Source: an uncultured Chloroflexia bacterium (GTDB lineage Bacteria; Chloroflexota; Chloroflexia; Thermomicrobiales; UBA6265). From it: DNA of 64,000 nt. Location: positions 480,001-544,000 of the forward strand of contig CAVRUC010000013.1 of NCBI GenBank assembly GCA_963724295.1. Reading direction: 5' to 3'. The translations under genes were made by a program, and so were the position numbers. This document shows positions 9,912-23,842 of this stretch, one piece after another. Under the pieces are notes generated by a model. The model was not told the DNA's origin. It ran no database searches and was given only the letters and a program-made list of their open reading frames with translations. The stretch's first letter is position 1. Each line of letters opens with the position of its first letter.

Positions 9912-10553
9912 ATGCAAGACATCGCCAAGGACGTGGCCGTGCAGACGGTGCCCTGGAAGGCGGGGCAGAGCTGGTGGGTCGCCGGTATCGAGGGGATCGT
10001 CGCTCTCGCGGTCGGCGTCTACATCATGGCGGACCCATTCGGCGCCAGTGACCTCATTCGCTTTCTGATCGCGCTCGTCCTCCTCCTCGACAGCGCGGGT
10101 CACATCGTCGAGGGCTTCCGCTCACGCGATCTCTCATCAACCCCTTGGGAGACGTTACGCGGCGGCATTGGCGCCACCGTCGCGGTGCTCACGATCCTCT
10201 CCGCCTGGTCGGACTACGTCGCGGATGATGGCGCGCGGCAGATGCTGGCCATCGGGCTGCTCGCCTATGGTGTGCTTGGCCTCGTCTCGCTCATCTTCAC
10301 CTACCGCTCGACCGGGTTCCGGACCGCCGCGATCATCGCCGACCTCCTCACGATCGTACTCGGCATCCTCCTTCTCAGTGCCAGTTCGGGGGATACTGGC
10401 GGCACGCGCTTGCTGGGAGCGGCGGCGGCCGTGGGCGGTATTGCGTTGCTGGGCTACTCCTGGTACCTGCGGGGCAAACCCGGTCGTGAATCTCGCGCCG
10501 GAGCGGCCACCGGGGCAGCGCCGGCGACCGCTCCGGATCGAGACGCGGTGTAG
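9912..10553 (+). CDS. HdeD/DUF308-like membrane protein
   Basis: WW..GIEGIVALAVG..P start and six TM helices. Confidence 0.7.
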   Translation: MQDIAKDVAVQTVPWKAGQSWWVAGIEGIVALAVGVYIMADPFGASDLIRFLIALVLLLDSAGHIVEGFRSRDLSSTPWETLRGGIGATVAVLTILSAWSDYVADDGARQMLAIGLLAYGVLGLVSLIFTYRSTGFRTAAIIADLLTIVLGILLLSASSGDTGGTRLLGAAAAVGGIALLGYSWYLRGKPGRESRAGAATGAAPATAPDRDAV

Positions 10554-10596
10554 CCGTTGCACGAGGCACAGGCGGGTGGCGCGTAGTGACGCGGGG

Positions 10597-11583
10597 ATGA
10601 ACGCCACGATAATCGGCGCCATCGCCGCGGCGAAGTTGGAAACGACCATCGGCGAACGGTTCACGGGATTTGTGCGCGATCTGGCGCGGGCGCTGCGCGC
10701 GGTCAACCTGACCGGGTTGGCGGCGCAGGTCGCCTACAGCCTGATCTTTTCGATGCCGTCGATCTTGCTCATCGTCGCCTTGGTGGCCCACAACGTCGAT
10801 CAGCGCACCGGATTCGCCCTCAGCGCGGAAGTGCAGGTGCTCATCGTCGCCGCCCTGCCGCCCGGGGTGCAGCCGGTCGTCTCCACCCTGATCGACGACG
10901 CGATGATCCGCGCCCGGGAGGGTCCCTCCGTCCTCAGCGCGGTCGTGGCCATCCTGGTCGCCCTGTTCGCGGCCGGGGGTGGGCTCGGTGAGCTGGCGAA
11001 CGCGTTCGACCGGACCGCAGTGATCGACGACCGGCGTTCGCCCTGGCGCAAGCGATTCATCTTCACCGCCGGAGCGGTGCTCATCGCGACCACTCTGCTC
11101 GTGGCATTCACGCTCTACGTCTGGGGTGGCGACCTGATTGCGTGGGTCTCACGCCGATTCCGTCTGGGTGGGGACTGGGAGAGCGCCTGGCTGCAGCTTC
11201 AGGGTCCAGTCATCCTGCTGCTCGTCTTCCTGGGTGCCACCCTGCTCTACATGACGGGCAGCGGGCATTACTCCTTCCGCGAGACGGCGCCGGGGGGCGC
11301 GGTGGCGACCCTCCTCTGGCTGCTCATCGTTCAGGGATTCCAGTTCTATCTCAGCATCGCCAACCCCGGAACTGCCTACGGCGCGGCCAGCAGTCTTCTC
11401 GTCTTCCTCGTTTTCCTCTACCTGACCAGCATGGGGCTGATCCTCGGCGCGATGGTCGCCGCGGTGATCGTGCGGCGATGCCGCGAGCGAGGGATGATGG
11501 TGTTGCCGCACGGCGCGACGACGTACGCGGCGCCGCTGACGGGCGTTGGCGGCGAACCGGAGTCGGGCGGAGCACATGACTGA
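10597..11583 (+). CDS. YihY/virulence factor BrkB family membrane protein
   Basis: AAQVAYSLIFSMP, PGGAVAT..W, AYGAASSLLVFLVFLYL. Confidence 0.9.
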   Translation: MNATIIGAIAAAKLETTIGERFTGFVRDLARALRAVNLTGLAAQVAYSLIFSMPSILLIVALVAHNVDQRTGFALSAEVQVLIVAALPPGVQPVVSTLIDDAMIRAREGPSVLSAVVAILVALFAAGGGLGELANAFDRTAVIDDRRSPWRKRFIFTAGAVLIATTLLVAFTLYVWGGDLIAWVSRRFRLGGDWESAWLQLQGPVILLLVFLGATLLYMTGSGHYSFRETAPGGAVATLLWLLIVQGFQFYLSIANPGTAYGAASSLLVFLVFLYLTSMGLILGAMVAAVIVRRCRERGMMVLPHGATTYAAPLTGVGGEPESGGAHD

Positions 11584-12475
11584 ACGGCGCTCTCCAATCT
11601 GGCGGCGCATCCTGAGTTGGGTCTTCCTGATCCTCTTCTGTCTGGCGGCGCCGGTCGCGCTGGTCACGGGGTGGGCGCGACTCACCGTCGTCGACGAGGA
11701 CGTCTATGTGCGGACGGTAAGTCGTGCCGCCAGCGATCCCCGGGTGCAGCTGGGCGTCTCCCGGGCGGTCGCCACCCGTGTCGAGACAACCCTGGCTGGG
11801 AACAATCCGTCAGCGACCGAGGCGCTGCAGTCGCGCGTCGTCGCGGAGGCGCTCGGCGAAGTGACCCGGGGCGTGGTCGCCAGCGAAGAATTCCGCCAGA
11901 CGTGGGAGGGATCCAATCGGGTGGCCCACCGTTTCCTCGCCTCAGAGCTGGCGGCGGGACCAGGTCAACCGGTAACACTCGATTTGTCGCCGCTGCTCGA
12001 CGACATAGAGGCCGCGGTGGAAGCGGCCGACATCGAGGTTCCGCCTGATCTGGAGCTGGATGCTGAGGCCCTGCGCATCGAGGTGCTCGACGCCGAAACG
12101 GCAGATCGTGTCCGGCGCGGCCTGGAGCGACTCGATCTCGCCTTCGGGGGTGCGTTGGCCGTGACGCTCCTTTCCCTCATCCTGTCGGTGGTTCTTGCCC
12201 GGGACCGGCTGGCTGCCATCGGTCGCGCGGGGTTTGGTCTGGCGATCTCAATGATCGGTCTCATGGCGCTGCTGCTTGTGACGCAGGGATGGCTGACCGG
12301 CCAGGCTGGCGCGGACGGTGGCGTGGCAATCGGCGCGATCCTCGACGCCACCTCCCAGGGGCTGCGCGTCTCGACTATCGGACTGGCGCTGCTGGGATTG
12401 CTCGTCGCCGGACTCTGCACCGGTTTGCGCGCGCTGCGGGGGAATGCGACCCGGCGCTCCCTGGTCGAGGCGTAG
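11576..12475 (+). CDS. membrane hypothetical protein
   Basis: N-terminal TM, W...VVDED.YV.TV...DP.VQ, three C-terminal TMs; overlaps yihY-like stop. Confidence 0.75.
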   Translation: MTERRSPIWRRILSWVFLILFCLAAPVALVTGWARLTVVDEDVYVRTVSRAASDPRVQLGVSRAVATRVETTLAGNNPSATEALQSRVVAEALGEVTRGVVASEEFRQTWEGSNRVAHRFLASELAAGPGQPVTLDLSPLLDDIEAAVEAADIEVPPDLELDAEALRIEVLDAETADRVRRGLERLDLAFGGALAVTLLSLILSVVLARDRLAAIGRAGFGLAISMIGLMALLLVTQGWLTGQAGADGGVAIGAILDATSQGLRVSTIGLALLGLLVAGLCTGLRALRGNATRRSLVEA

Positions 12476-12479
12476 GCAG

Positions 12480-12956
12480 GTGACGTCGCGCACCGCGGAA
12501 TCCCCGCCATTCCTGATCCGGCTGGCTGAGACGCGAGACGCCGACGCGATCGCCGCGGTGCACCGGACCTCGATGCGCGAGGCGCTGCCCTATCTTCCCG
12601 ACTTGCACACCGCGGACGAGGATCGCGCCTGGGTCGCGAATGTCGTCCTCCCGCATCAGGAGGTCTGGGTCGCCGAAGCGGGAGGTCGTGTCGTCGGCGT
12701 CGCCGCCCTGGATGGGGACATGCTGGCGCAGCTCTACATCCTCCCCGGCGAGCAAGGCCGGGGGATCGGCAGCGCGTTGCTGGCGAAAGCCATGGCCCGC
12801 CGGCCCACCGGCATGCGTCTCTACGCCTTCCAGCGCAACACGCGCGCCCGCGGCTTCTACGAGCGTCGCGGCTTCGTCGCCGTCGAGTTCGGCGACGGCT
12901 CCGGTAACGAGGAAGGCGAGCCGGACGTGCTCTATCAGTGGACGCCCTCGCCTTGA
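12480..12956 (+). CDS. GNAT N-acetyltransferase
   Basis: LYILPGEQGRGIGSALL, NTRARGFYERRGF, NEEGEPD. Confidence 0.9.
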   Translation: MTSRTAESPPFLIRLAETRDADAIAAVHRTSMREALPYLPDLHTADEDRAWVANVVLPHQEVWVAEAGGRVVGVAALDGDMLAQLYILPGEQGRGIGSALLAKAMARRPTGMRLYAFQRNTRARGFYERRGFVAVEFGDGSGNEEGEPDVLYQWTPSP

Positions 12957-13056
12957 TCCTCGCCGTCCATTTTGCGCTAGGTGGGCTCCCGCCACGCCCA
13001 ATCCCCGTACAATGCGCACGCGGCGACCCGGCCGGGAGTGGCGCGGAGGTGGGACG

Positions 13057-13971
13057 GTGGCGACGACGGCGAGCATCATCCTCTATCGCACACCCGGAGG
13101 GGCGGCGAGTTGGCGCCCGGCCAGGACGGCGCGGACGGTGGCCGGTCTCATGCCGCCGGCGGTCTACGTGGTGGCCGCCATCGTCTCGGCCCAGCTCGGC
13201 TCGGCGGTCGCCAAATTCCTGTTCGCCGCGCTCGACCCCTTGGCCACTGTCTCCCTGCGGACCGCCTTCGCCGCGCTCGTCCTGCTCGCGGTCTGGCGGC
13301 CCCACCTCCGCGGCCGCCCCCGCGCCGACCTGCTCGCGCCGCTAGCGTTGGGCGTCACCCTGGCGGGGCTGAGCCTGAGCTTCTATGCGGCGCTGGAGCG
13401 CATCCCGCTCGGGGTGGCCATGACGTTGGAGTTCGCCGGCCCCCTCGGGATCGCCCTCGTCGGCTCGCGGCGCCGGCTGGACCTCCTCTGGGGCGTGCTG
13501 GCGGCGGCCGGCATCCTCGTCTTGAGTCCCCTCGGGGGCACGATCGATCCGCTCGGTGCGGCCCTCGCGCTCCTGGGAGGGGCCTTCTGGGCCGCCTACA
13601 TCCTGCTCAGCGCGCGTATCGGGCAGGCCACCCCCGGCGGTGGTGGGCTCGCCCTCGCGATGGCGGTGGCCGCCGTCGTCACGCTCCCGTTCGGCATCGG
13701 CGCCGGCGGGCAGGTGGCGGCTGACCCGCGCGTGCTCCTCGTGGCGCTCGGCGTGGCGCTGCTCTCCTCGGTCGTCCCCTTTTCACTGGAGCTGGAGGCG
13801 CTGCGCCGCATCCCGGTCCGCGTGTTCGGCGTGCTGATGAGCCTGGAGCCGGCGATCGCCGCCCTCGTGGGGCTGGTCGTCCTGGGTGAGGCGCTCGGGA
13901 TGCGCGAGGTTGTCGCGATCGGTCTCGTCGTGACCGCCGGCGTCGGCGCCACCAGGACCGCCGAGGACTGA
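13057..13971 (+). CDS. EamA/RhtA-like DMT transporter
   Basis: SAQLGSAVAK.LF, RIPLGVAMTLEFAGPL, FGVLMSLEPA; start uncertain (13057 GTG with GGAGG, or 13150). Confidence 0.9.
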   Translation: MATTASIILYRTPGGAASWRPARTARTVAGLMPPAVYVVAAIVSAQLGSAVAKFLFAALDPLATVSLRTAFAALVLLAVWRPHLRGRPRADLLAPLALGVTLAGLSLSFYAALERIPLGVAMTLEFAGPLGIALVGSRRRLDLLWGVLAAAGILVLSPLGGTIDPLGAALALLGGAFWAAYILLSARIGQATPGGGGLALAMAVAAVVTLPFGIGAGGQVAADPRVLLVALGVALLSSVVPFSLELEALRRIPVRVFGVLMSLEPAIAALVGLVVLGEALGMREVVAIGLVVTAGVGATRTAED

Positions 13972-14151
13972 CACCTTTCCCCTGTCACAGTACCGAGAAC
14001 CGAAGCGACGGGATGAGTCCAACGCCGATGAAGAACCACGCCCGTGACCGGGAACGGCGGTAAAGAATTTGCCCTCCCGAGTACCCCCAGAAGTTCAAAC
14101 CCTTCAAACTCTCTCGACCTGCACCGCCTGTGGGAAAGACGCGCCACCAGT

Positions 14152-14230
14152 GTCCCCCTCTCCCGTCGACGGGCCGGGTACCCAGTGGGTGGCGGGTAGG
14201 GGGTGAGGGCTAGCGCTGAGGGTGAGGGCC
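14152..14230. repeat. CCCCTCTCC...GGGGGTGAGGG intergenic repeat, copy 1
   Basis: GTCCCCCTCTCC and GCGGGTAGGGGGTGAGGG shared with 55071-55142; both between convergent genes. Confidence 0.7.
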
Positions 14231-14238
14231 TACCCCAA

Positions 14239-15612
14239 CTACAGGTCCGCGGTCGGCTGTCCCTCGTCGAGGGCGTAGCGCAGGATCGCGCCGATGCCTC
14301 CCAGCTCGTCGAGGGCCCGAGCCGCCTCGGAGCGTGGGGTCGGGTCGTCGGCGTCGGGGATCTGCTCCTGTTCCTCCACGCCAACCGGAACTGCGCTGCG
14401 CACCAGTTGCACCTCGGCCCCGATCTGGAGTGCCAGGCGCACGACCTCATCCTCGACCGTAGTCGGCACCAGGTTGGCAACGTCACCACCGGCCGGGTGC
14501 TCTCCCGGCGGGCTCCCCACGCCGTACAGCGGCAGGGTGTAATCGGCCCAACCCAGCTGCAAGAAGTCGTCGTTCATGACCAGGGTCATCACCTGCCCCG
14601 TTTCCAGCGCGGTGATCGTATCCACCGCGCCGGCGACGCCTTTGCCCCCGGCGCCGACCCCGTCCCGAACCGCCTGCACCGCCTCCATCTCCCGCTTCCG
14701 CTCCGCCTCTTCGACGAGGGGCTGGGCCGCGGCGATGACCTCGCTAATGCTGGCTTCGATCGGGAGGGTGATCTGACCCAGCACCCGCTCTTTGATGGTC
14801 TCGTGCAATTCCGCGTTGAGGAGCGTGAACATCTGCTCGTTGGCCGCGATGATCAGATACTCGTATGGGACCGGCGCGTTCACCTCTTCGAACGCCCGGC
14901 GCGTCTCCTCGGCGATGGTCCGGGCAAACGCCTCGACGCGCTCGTCGGCGCGATTCTGATAGCGCTTTTGCGACCACCCGCCCTGCTGCTGCTTGCGCGG
15001 GTAGCCGCTCGCCTCGAGCTGAACGCCGCGATCCCAGGTCTGCCCTTCCATGAGCCAGAGAAAGGCGTCTCGTTGATCGGCGGCAATGATGGCGTAGGAG
15101 GGATAGTCATCCGCGGCGCGGGCGAGCTGGCGCAGCGCGGGGATGGGCCCCACGGTGAACCCGGAGTCGACCGGGACATCGAGCGGAACCGGCTCGAATA
15201 CTCCCTGTTGATGGCAGGCGATGACGACGATCCCCGTGGCCGCGGGATCGAGCTCCTCATCGAGGTAGGTCGTCAGTCGCTCCATATCCGCCGTCAGACT
15301 CTCGAATGCCGCACCGCGAGGACCGTAGCTATTGACCGTCTCGTCCAGACCGCGCCGCAGCTCCTGCCACGCCGGGCGACGCGGGGCGCCGTCCTCCTCA
15401 CGCGGCGCGCGCCGCTCGGATCGCTTTGGCTCAGATGGCTCGAAACGGCCCGGCGCGGAGCCTTCCGGCCGCCAGTCGAGGCTGACTGTCAGATACGGCG
15501 CCTCGGGCGACGGCGGCAGCGCCGCCAGACGCGTCAGCGTGGCGTTGAGATCCATCGCCAGCGGGGTATCGTGCTCCAGTTCCCGAATCTGTTGGACTGG
15601 GTCAGTCGCCAT
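14239..15612 (-). CDS. bacterial archaeo-eukaryotic release factor (baeRF/VLRF1, eRF1-like) family protein
   Basis: PYLTVSLD, QGGWSQKRYQ loop, C-terminal eRF1_3-like domain ending LGGIGAILRY. Confidence 0.85.
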   Translation of the reverse strand: MATDPVQQIRELEHDTPLAMDLNATLTRLAALPPSPEAPYLTVSLDWRPEGSAPGRFEPSEPKRSERRAPREEDGAPRRPAWQELRRGLDETVNSYGPRGAAFESLTADMERLTTYLDEELDPAATGIVVIACHQQGVFEPVPLDVPVDSGFTVGPIPALRQLARAADDYPSYAIIAADQRDAFLWLMEGQTWDRGVQLEASGYPRKQQQGGWSQKRYQNRADERVEAFARTIAEETRRAFEEVNAPVPYEYLIIAANEQMFTLLNAELHETIKERVLGQITLPIEASISEVIAAAQPLVEEAERKREMEAVQAVRDGVGAGGKGVAGAVDTITALETGQVMTLVMNDDFLQLGWADYTLPLYGVGSPPGEHPAGGDVANLVPTTVEDEVVRLALQIGAEVQLVRSAVPVGVEEQEQIPDADDPTPRSEAARALDELGGIGAILRYALDEGQPTADL

Positions 15613-15927
15613 CGATGCTCCTTCCGATGGGCGCTTGCGCCTGCATGAGACCGCGCCGCCATCCGGCGCCGGTCAGATCACCTCTCTCATGGATGCACAA
15701 GTGGGGCCGACCACGAGCCTGCATGGCTTGTTCGCCTCACTCTGCTGAGTTGTCAGGACTGGCACCGAGGTTGCGACCGGACTCCTGGCATCGCGGTTCG
15801 GTGCTGGTGACTATGGCGCCCGGGGTAGCGAAGTCCCACACTGCGAGTGATGTGATCAAGAGCGCGCCGGTGATCGAAAAGTCGTCTCTCAGTCTCCAGC
15901 CATCAGCCAGGAACACCTGGAGTGGCC

Positions 15928-16554
15928 ATGCCGAAACGACTCATCGTGCTGATGCTGGGCGCGGTGCTCTTCGCCGGGGGCGCATTGATGTGGGCGGCCC
16001 GGGCGCGGAGGAATCCCGCGGCCTGTCCCTACAGTCAGCGTCTGTTCCTCGATCTCCCTCGACCGTTCATGCGGCGACAGACGCTACGCGACATGCTCGA
16101 TCTTGCCCCAGGCGAGCGGGTACTCGAAGTCGGACCCGGCACCGGTTACTACAGCCTCGATGTAGCGCGTCAGCTTGCGCCAGATGGTCAGCTCGATGTG
16201 CTCGATCTGCAGCAGCCGATGCTCGACGAGCTGATGCGCCGGGCAGCTATGGGAGGCACGGCGAACGTGGTTGCCACCCAGGGAGACGCGCGTGATCTCC
16301 CGTTCCCGGCCGCGACGTTCGACGCCGCATATCTTGTCGCCACCCTTGGCGAGATCCCCGACCGGGATCAGGCATTACGCGAGTTGCACCGCGTGCTGAA
16401 GCCAGGGGGCCGGCTGGTTGTCGGGGAGGGGCAGCCCGATCCACACATGCTCGCCGTCGATGAGCTCCGCGCTCGGGCGGAAGCGGTTGGGTTCGTCCTG
16501 GACAGGCACCAGGGCTCGCCGTTTGGATACTTTGCGCGGTTCCGATCCGGGTGA
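15928..16554 (+). CDS. class I SAM-dependent methyltransferase
   Basis: VLEVGPGTG, GDARDLPF...FD, RVLKPGG. Confidence 0.9.
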   Translation: MPKRLIVLMLGAVLFAGGALMWAARARRNPAACPYSQRLFLDLPRPFMRRQTLRDMLDLAPGERVLEVGPGTGYYSLDVARQLAPDGQLDVLDLQQPMLDELMRRAAMGGTANVVATQGDARDLPFPAATFDAAYLVATLGEIPDRDQALRELHRVLKPGGRLVVGEGQPDPHMLAVDELRARAEAVGFVLDRHQGSPFGYFARFRSG

Positions 16555-16769
16555 GCTGACGATCATGGGGCCCGGGTATCATCCACCCGATGGCATTGTT
16601 CCTGCGGCATGCGCCGCCAGGTGTGATGCTCGATTCTGGTGATCGTTGTCGTTGTCACGTTCCTTTCGGTTATCGGCCAACCAGTAGGCTCCCGTGCTAG
16701 ACATCAGGCTGGCATGCGCGGCAGGCCCAGCGCCGTGCCAGGGGCGACCGTCTTTTGGAGACCGCGTTC

Positions 16770-17186
16770 ATGCGCTATCGACGAGTCAGCTACCGCTACG
16801 CGCTCCTGGTGACGCCCGGCCAGGAACGGGCATTCGGCGATCCGCTGGCGGCAGTTCAGCCTGGCGTGCGCTTTGCCGAGACGTACTGGCGTCCGCCCGC
16901 CGACGTCTGCGAGTCGGCAACCACCATCGTCGTCACCGTCGACCTGGCCGGAATCGACCAGGATGATCTCGACGTCGTGATCTTCGAGGACGCCCTCATC
17001 GTGGAGGGCTGGCGCCGGCTGCCGGCGGACCCCGGCGTCGTTTACCACCTCGCCGAGATTCGCCAGGGTCCGTTCCGGCTCGAGCTGGGCCTGCCCGGGA
17101 GCATCGACCAGGAGCGCGTCGACGCCCGCTACGACCAGGGTCTGCTGCGCATCACCTTTGCCAAGACTCAGGCAAACGCGAGATGA
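16770..17186 (+). CDS. Hsp20/alpha-crystallin small heat shock protein
   Basis: WRPPADV.E, EIRQGPF...L.LP, ARYDQGLLRITFAK; directly upstream of lon. Confidence 0.9.
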   Translation: MRYRRVSYRYALLVTPGQERAFGDPLAAVQPGVRFAETYWRPPADVCESATTIVVTVDLAGIDQDDLDVVIFEDALIVEGWRRLPADPGVVYHLAEIRQGPFRLELGLPGSIDQERVDARYDQGLLRITFAKTQANAR

Positions 17187-17270
17187 CCGACGTGGATGAC
17201 CAAACCCCACAACGTGACGAACAAGGACAAGCGCAACCGCAAGACTCTGCGCCGGCGGATAGAGGGAGCC

Positions 17271-19910
<2,640 letters not shown>

Positions 19911-19961
19911 CGAAGTGGGCGGGTACTCATCTTTGGAACCGCTCGTGAGAAACCGACGCCC

Positions 19962-19985
19962 GTAGGGGCGACGCCTGCGTCGCCC
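19962..19985 (+). repeat. GTAG-type REP palindrome
   Basis: GTAG-GGGCGACGC-CT-GCGTCGCCC. Confidence 0.75.
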
Positions 19986-20162
19986 GCGTTCCCACCAACG
20001 ACGGTTGATCTCGAAGAATTGGTTTCCACCTGCGTTGAGCGTGGTGCAAAACCTACTCTGCCTGTCCCTCGGGGCATTCGCGCCCTTGGTCGGCGCGCAA
20101 CCCGTTCCGCGGCCCGAGACGAGTCGTGCCGCACGGCTCCTTCAGGCTTGCGGATCGTCACA

Positions 20163-20432
20163 TCAGGCGATCGCCCCTAACTCGCCAGGCGCCGTGGAGA
20201 CGCCGCTCTCTCTGGCGACGGCTTGCGCGCCCTGGAGGCGCTGGCCAGCACGCACCAGCAGCGTGCCGAGCTGCTGCCTGATCCCGGTCGACCTCGCGCC
20301 GCGATCGACCGTGGGCGCCAGAGCGCTCGCTAAGGCGCTGGCAGCAAGTTGCTGATGCAGCCCCATAGCCACCAGTTCTCGATGCTGGAACCTTGCGACC
20401 TGCCAATCGGTGTCGTTCGGCCCTGGGTACAT
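20163..20432 (-). CDS. small hypothetical protein downstream of STAND-LuxR regulator
   Basis: GAGAGGAG SD; HRELVA...RQQLG.LLVRAG.RL pattern. Confidence 0.65.
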   Translation of the reverse strand: MYPGPNDTDWQVARFQHRELVAMGLHQQLAASALASALAPTVDRGARSTGIRQQLGTLLVRAGQRLQGAQAVARESGVSTAPGELGAIA

Positions 20433-20532
20433 GTCGTTCTCCTCTCGCCTGTCGTCATTGGTTCAGATAAGTGGCCGGTCCGTCCGAGCACGCTTCCAGC
20501 ATGCGCCGCGGGCTGATCGGGCACATCGAGGA

Positions 20533-20607
20533 GATTGCGGAGCTGACTACGGAGTTCCGCGAGCGGCCGATGACGGATGAGGTTCCGTAATCTCCGCCGA
20601 CTACGGA
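20533..20607. promoter_or_regulatory. cluster of GA(C/T)T(A/G)CGGA-like boxes, probable LuxR/NarL-type operator
   Basis: GATTGCGGA 20533, GACTACGGA 20545 and 20599, GATGACGGA 20569, inverted TTCCGTAAT 20583. Confidence 0.55.
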
Positions 20608-20620
20608 TGCTTGGTTTTGC

Positions 20621-22948
20621 TCAGACGAGCCCCCGTCGCACGGCCACGGCCGCCGCCTCGGCCCGGCCATTGACGCCGAGCTTGGCAAAGAGGTTGCCGA
20701 CGTGGGTTTGGACTGTGCGAGTGCCGATAAAGAGGGTCTCACCGATCTCACGGTCGGAACGGCCCTCGGCCAGAAGGCGGAGCACGTCGGACTCGCGCGG
20801 GGTGAGACCGAAACCGCGACTGTCGAGCGGAGCTGGACGAGGCTGCGCGGTGATCGAGGTGGCTACAGCGTGTGCTTCGGTGACCGCGTCGGCGAAGGTG
20901 AGCGTCCGCCCCTCGTCCCAGGCGGCGTCAAATGCCGACTCGGCGAGCTGAGCGCGCACCTCGGTCGTAAGCCGTTCGACGTGCATGGCGTGCGCGATGC
21001 GGCCGACTCCGAAGCGTTGCTGGCCGGCTTCTACCGCGCCCAGCAGCCGCGCCGCGCGCTCGGCCTCGCCGCGGGCCAGGGCCACCCCCGCCAACCCGGC
21101 GACCGCTCCGAGAGCACTGCGCTCCATTTCGTCGGCCAGTGCGGCGTCGAGACCTTCAGCAAACAACCTCGCCGCGTAGGTGAGATCGCCTTGCGCGAGG
21201 GCGGCGAAGGCGCGCTGGCCGAACCCCATGGTCAGGCTCCAACTGTCTCCAGCCTGCCGCAGCATCGCCAGTGCCTCATCGAGCAAGGGCACGGCCGCCG
21301 TGAGATCACCACACCACGTGAGCTTGTCCCCGAGCTCGATCTGGACACTAGCCACCCAGTACGGGTTTCCTGTTTCGCGCAACCACCGCAACGCCTCAGC
21401 GTTAGCAGCGGCAGAACGCTCCCCTTCACCACGGTGCTCCCGCACGACCGCGAGGTTGACGTGGGCGAGGCCCAATACGAATGGATCATCGGATGCGCTG
21501 GTCTCGGTCAGGCCCTCGCTCGCTACTGACTCCGCGGCGTCGAGGTCGTTGAGAACCATCGCCGCGTACACCTGGATGTAGCGCGCCAGCCCGCGGTCGG
21601 TAGCGGATGCATCCGGCGCCAGCGTCAGCGCCTCCTGGACCCAGCCGTGGACTTCCGCGTAATGGCGACGCTGGAACCAGTACTCCGCGGTCGCCGCGCA
21701 AAGGCGCAGGACCGCTTCCGCGTGGCCATTGCGCAGGAACCAGGCGACGGCAGCGCGCAGATTGGGCAGATCGGCATCGAGGCGCTTCGCCCATGATCGC
21801 TGGTTGCGGCCAGCCCTGAGATCGGGCTCGGCGGCCTCGGCCAGTGCCAGGCACCACCGGGCGTGCCGTTCCCGGATTGTCCCCTCCTCGCCGCTCTCAT
21901 CAAGCCGCTCCAGCGCGAACTCACGGACCGTCTCCAGCGGGAAGTAGCGCGGCTCGCCGGTGGTGTCGTTGGCGAGTTGGAGCAAACTTTTGTCCAGCAA
22001 TGACATGACGCCATCGAAAACGTCGAGATCTTCATCCGGTTCGCCGCCGACGGCCTCCGCCGCCTCCAGGGTGAAGCCACCGACGAAGATACCCAGGCGC
22101 CGGAAGAGTCTCCGCTCAGGCGGAGAAAGCAGGTCATAGCTCCAGGCGATGGCGTCGCGCATCGTTTGCTGTCGCTGAGGTAGGTCACGTCCGCCGCCGG
22201 TCAGGAGTGGCAGGCGGCGCTCCAGCCGAGCCAGGAGCGCCGCTGGCGGGAGCATCTTGACTCGCGCCGCGGCCAACTCAATCGCCAGCGGCAACCCGTC
22301 TAGACGGCGGCAGATCTCACTCACCACCTGGACGTTCTCGTCCGTCAACGTGAAATCGGGCCTGACGGCCTGGGCTCGCGCAACGAAGAGGCGGACAGCC
22401 GCTGATTCGCCGCGCCCATTCGTGCTCGTCCACTCTTCGGCCTGTGCCAACGCCAGTGGTGGAATCGGGAATTCGTGCTCGGCAGAGAGCCGGAGGCGTA
22501 CTCTGCTCGTGGCAAGGATTTTCAACAGGGCACAGGACGCGAGGAGGTCCGCGACGAATGGCGCGGCCTCGACTACCTGCTCGAAGTTGTCGAGCACGAG
22601 CAGATGATGTTGGTCCCGCAGCACCGCTTTCAGTCGCTCGATGAGTGGCTCGTCGCCCGCCTCTCGGATGCCGACCGCCTGGGTGACGGCTGAAACCACC
22701 AGACCCGGGTCTCTGATCGGTGCCAGCGGGACGAAGGTGACGCCGTCGGAAAACTCGTCCGCCACCGCGGCCGCGGCACTCAACGCCAGTCGAGTCTTGC
22801 CGACGCCGCCAGGACCGGTCAGGGTGAGAAGGGGAACGTCCTCACGAAGGAGCAGCTCGCTCACCGCGGCGAGCTCTCGCTCTCGGCCGATCAGCGGCGT
22901 GCGCGGCAGAGAAAGAATTTGAGACCGGTCGGATGGCACAGCGGTCAT
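20621..22948 (-). CDS. STAND (NB-ARC-like) ATPase-TPR-LuxR transcriptional regulator
   Basis: [31 protein letters not shown]-terminal LTPRE..HTH. Confidence 0.95.
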   Translation of the reverse strand: MTAVPSDRSQILSLPRTPLIGRERELAAVSELLLREDVPLLTLTGPGGVGKTRLALSAAAAVADEFSDGVTFVPLAPIRDPGLVVSAVTQAVGIREAGDEPLIERLKAVLRDQHHLLVLDNFEQVVEAAPFVADLLASCALLKILATSRVRLRLSAEHEFPIPPLALAQAEEWTSTNGRGESAAVRLFVARAQAVRPDFTLTDENVQVVSEICRRLDGLPLAIELAAARVKMLPPAALLARLERRLPLLTGGGRDLPQRQQTMRDAIAWSYDLLSPPERRLFRRLGIFVGGFTLEAAEAVGGEPDEDLDVFDGVMSLLDKSLLQLANDTTGEPRYFPLETVREFALERLDESGEEGTIRERHARWCLALAEAAEPDLRAGRNQRSWAKRLDADLPNLRAAVAWFLRNGHAEAVLRLCAATAEYWFQRRHYAEVHGWVQEALTLAPDASATDRGLARYIQVYAAMVLNDLDAAESVASEGLTETSASDDPFVLGLAHVNLAVVREHRGEGERSAAANAEALRWLRETGNPYWVASVQIELGDKLTWCGDLTAAVPLLDEALAMLRQAGDSWSLTMGFGQRAFAALAQGDLTYAARLFAEGLDAALADEMERSALGAVAGLAGVALARGEAERAARLLGAVEAGQQRFGVGRIAHAMHVERLTTEVRAQLAESAFDAAWDEGRTLTFADAVTEAHAVATSITAQPRPAPLDSRGFGLTPRESDVLRLLAEGRSDREIGETLFIGTRTVQTHVGNLFAKLGVNGRAEAAAVAVRRGLV

Positions 22949-23038
22949 GGCAAGTCTGGTCACCGATCTGGGCGCAAGGGGATGATAGCGCCTTCCGCTA
23001 TCCGCTCTCGCGTTCGTTACTCGGGACCACTCCGCGGC

Positions 23039-23842
23039 TCACTGCTCCGTCGCCCCGGCGCTCGCCAACCGGATGCGCGCTCCGTGCGTCAGATCGACAG
23101 GCAGTGGCTCCGCACGCTCCCCGGCACCGGCGAGCACGATCTCGTACGGCCCGGCGCCGCGCTCCTCGATGTGCTTTGTCAGATCGCCCGCGGTCGGATC
23201 CGCTTCGGCCAGATCGATCCATTGCGAGCCGAAGCTGAAACGCCTAGCCCTGCGCACTCCTGCGACCGCGGCGGTTGACGACTCGCCAGGCGTGTCGAGA
23301 AGCGCCTGAAACGGCCCAGTGGCGCGGTCGAGGTCCGCGACGAGGAGAACCAGCCCGGCGATCCCGGTAACGCCCAGCTCGTGCTCAGTTGCCGCCCCGG
23401 TCGGGACGCGCAGGTCGCGAGTCGTCACATCTTCGATCATGAACGGCAGCGGCGCGCCGGCGGCTGCGAGGCTGAGATTGCGCCAGGCGATGCGCTGCCC
23501 ATCTGGTCGCAGTCGACCGCCGTCGTGGGGACCATCGATCTCAACTCCCGCCTGCTTGAGGCGATCGCCCTCGAAATCGACGCTCTCGGAGAGGAGCGCG
23601 AAGTCGACCGTGCCTTCGCCTTTCGCGAATCTTGCCCACCACTTGTGCTCCTGGGGACGGTCCGGCTCCCGGAAGGCGATCAGCTCGAAATAGGCGCCGT
23701 CGGCGAACGAGATCAGCGCGTTGTGGGTCGCGCCACCGGTGTGCTCGCCACCCGGGGTGACGGTGAATCCGAGCCGCGCGTAGTCATCCGTAGCGGCCGC
23801 GAGATCGCGGACCGCGATGACGATGTGATCGATGCCCTGCAC
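23039..23842 (-). CDS. VOC/glyoxalase-like family protein
   Basis: IDHIVIAVRDL, GGEH..GATHNALI.F. Confidence 0.9.
   Translation of the reverse strand: MQGIDHIVIAVRDLAAATDDYARLGFTVTPGGEHTGGATHNALISFADGAYFELIAFREPDRPQEHKWWARFAKGEGTVDFALLSESVDFEGDRLKQAGVEIDGPHDGGRLRPDGQRIAWRNLSLAAAGAPLPFMIEDVTTRDLRVPTGAATEHELGVTGIAGLVLLVADLDRATGPFQALLDTPGESSTAAVAGVRRARRFSFGSQWIDLAEADPTAGDLTKHIEERGAGPYEIVLAGAGERAEPLPVDLTHGARIRLASAGATEQ

Noticed and set aside
14085..14110. tRNA T-loop-like GTTCAAAC
   Set aside because: No T-stem or cloverleaf pairing
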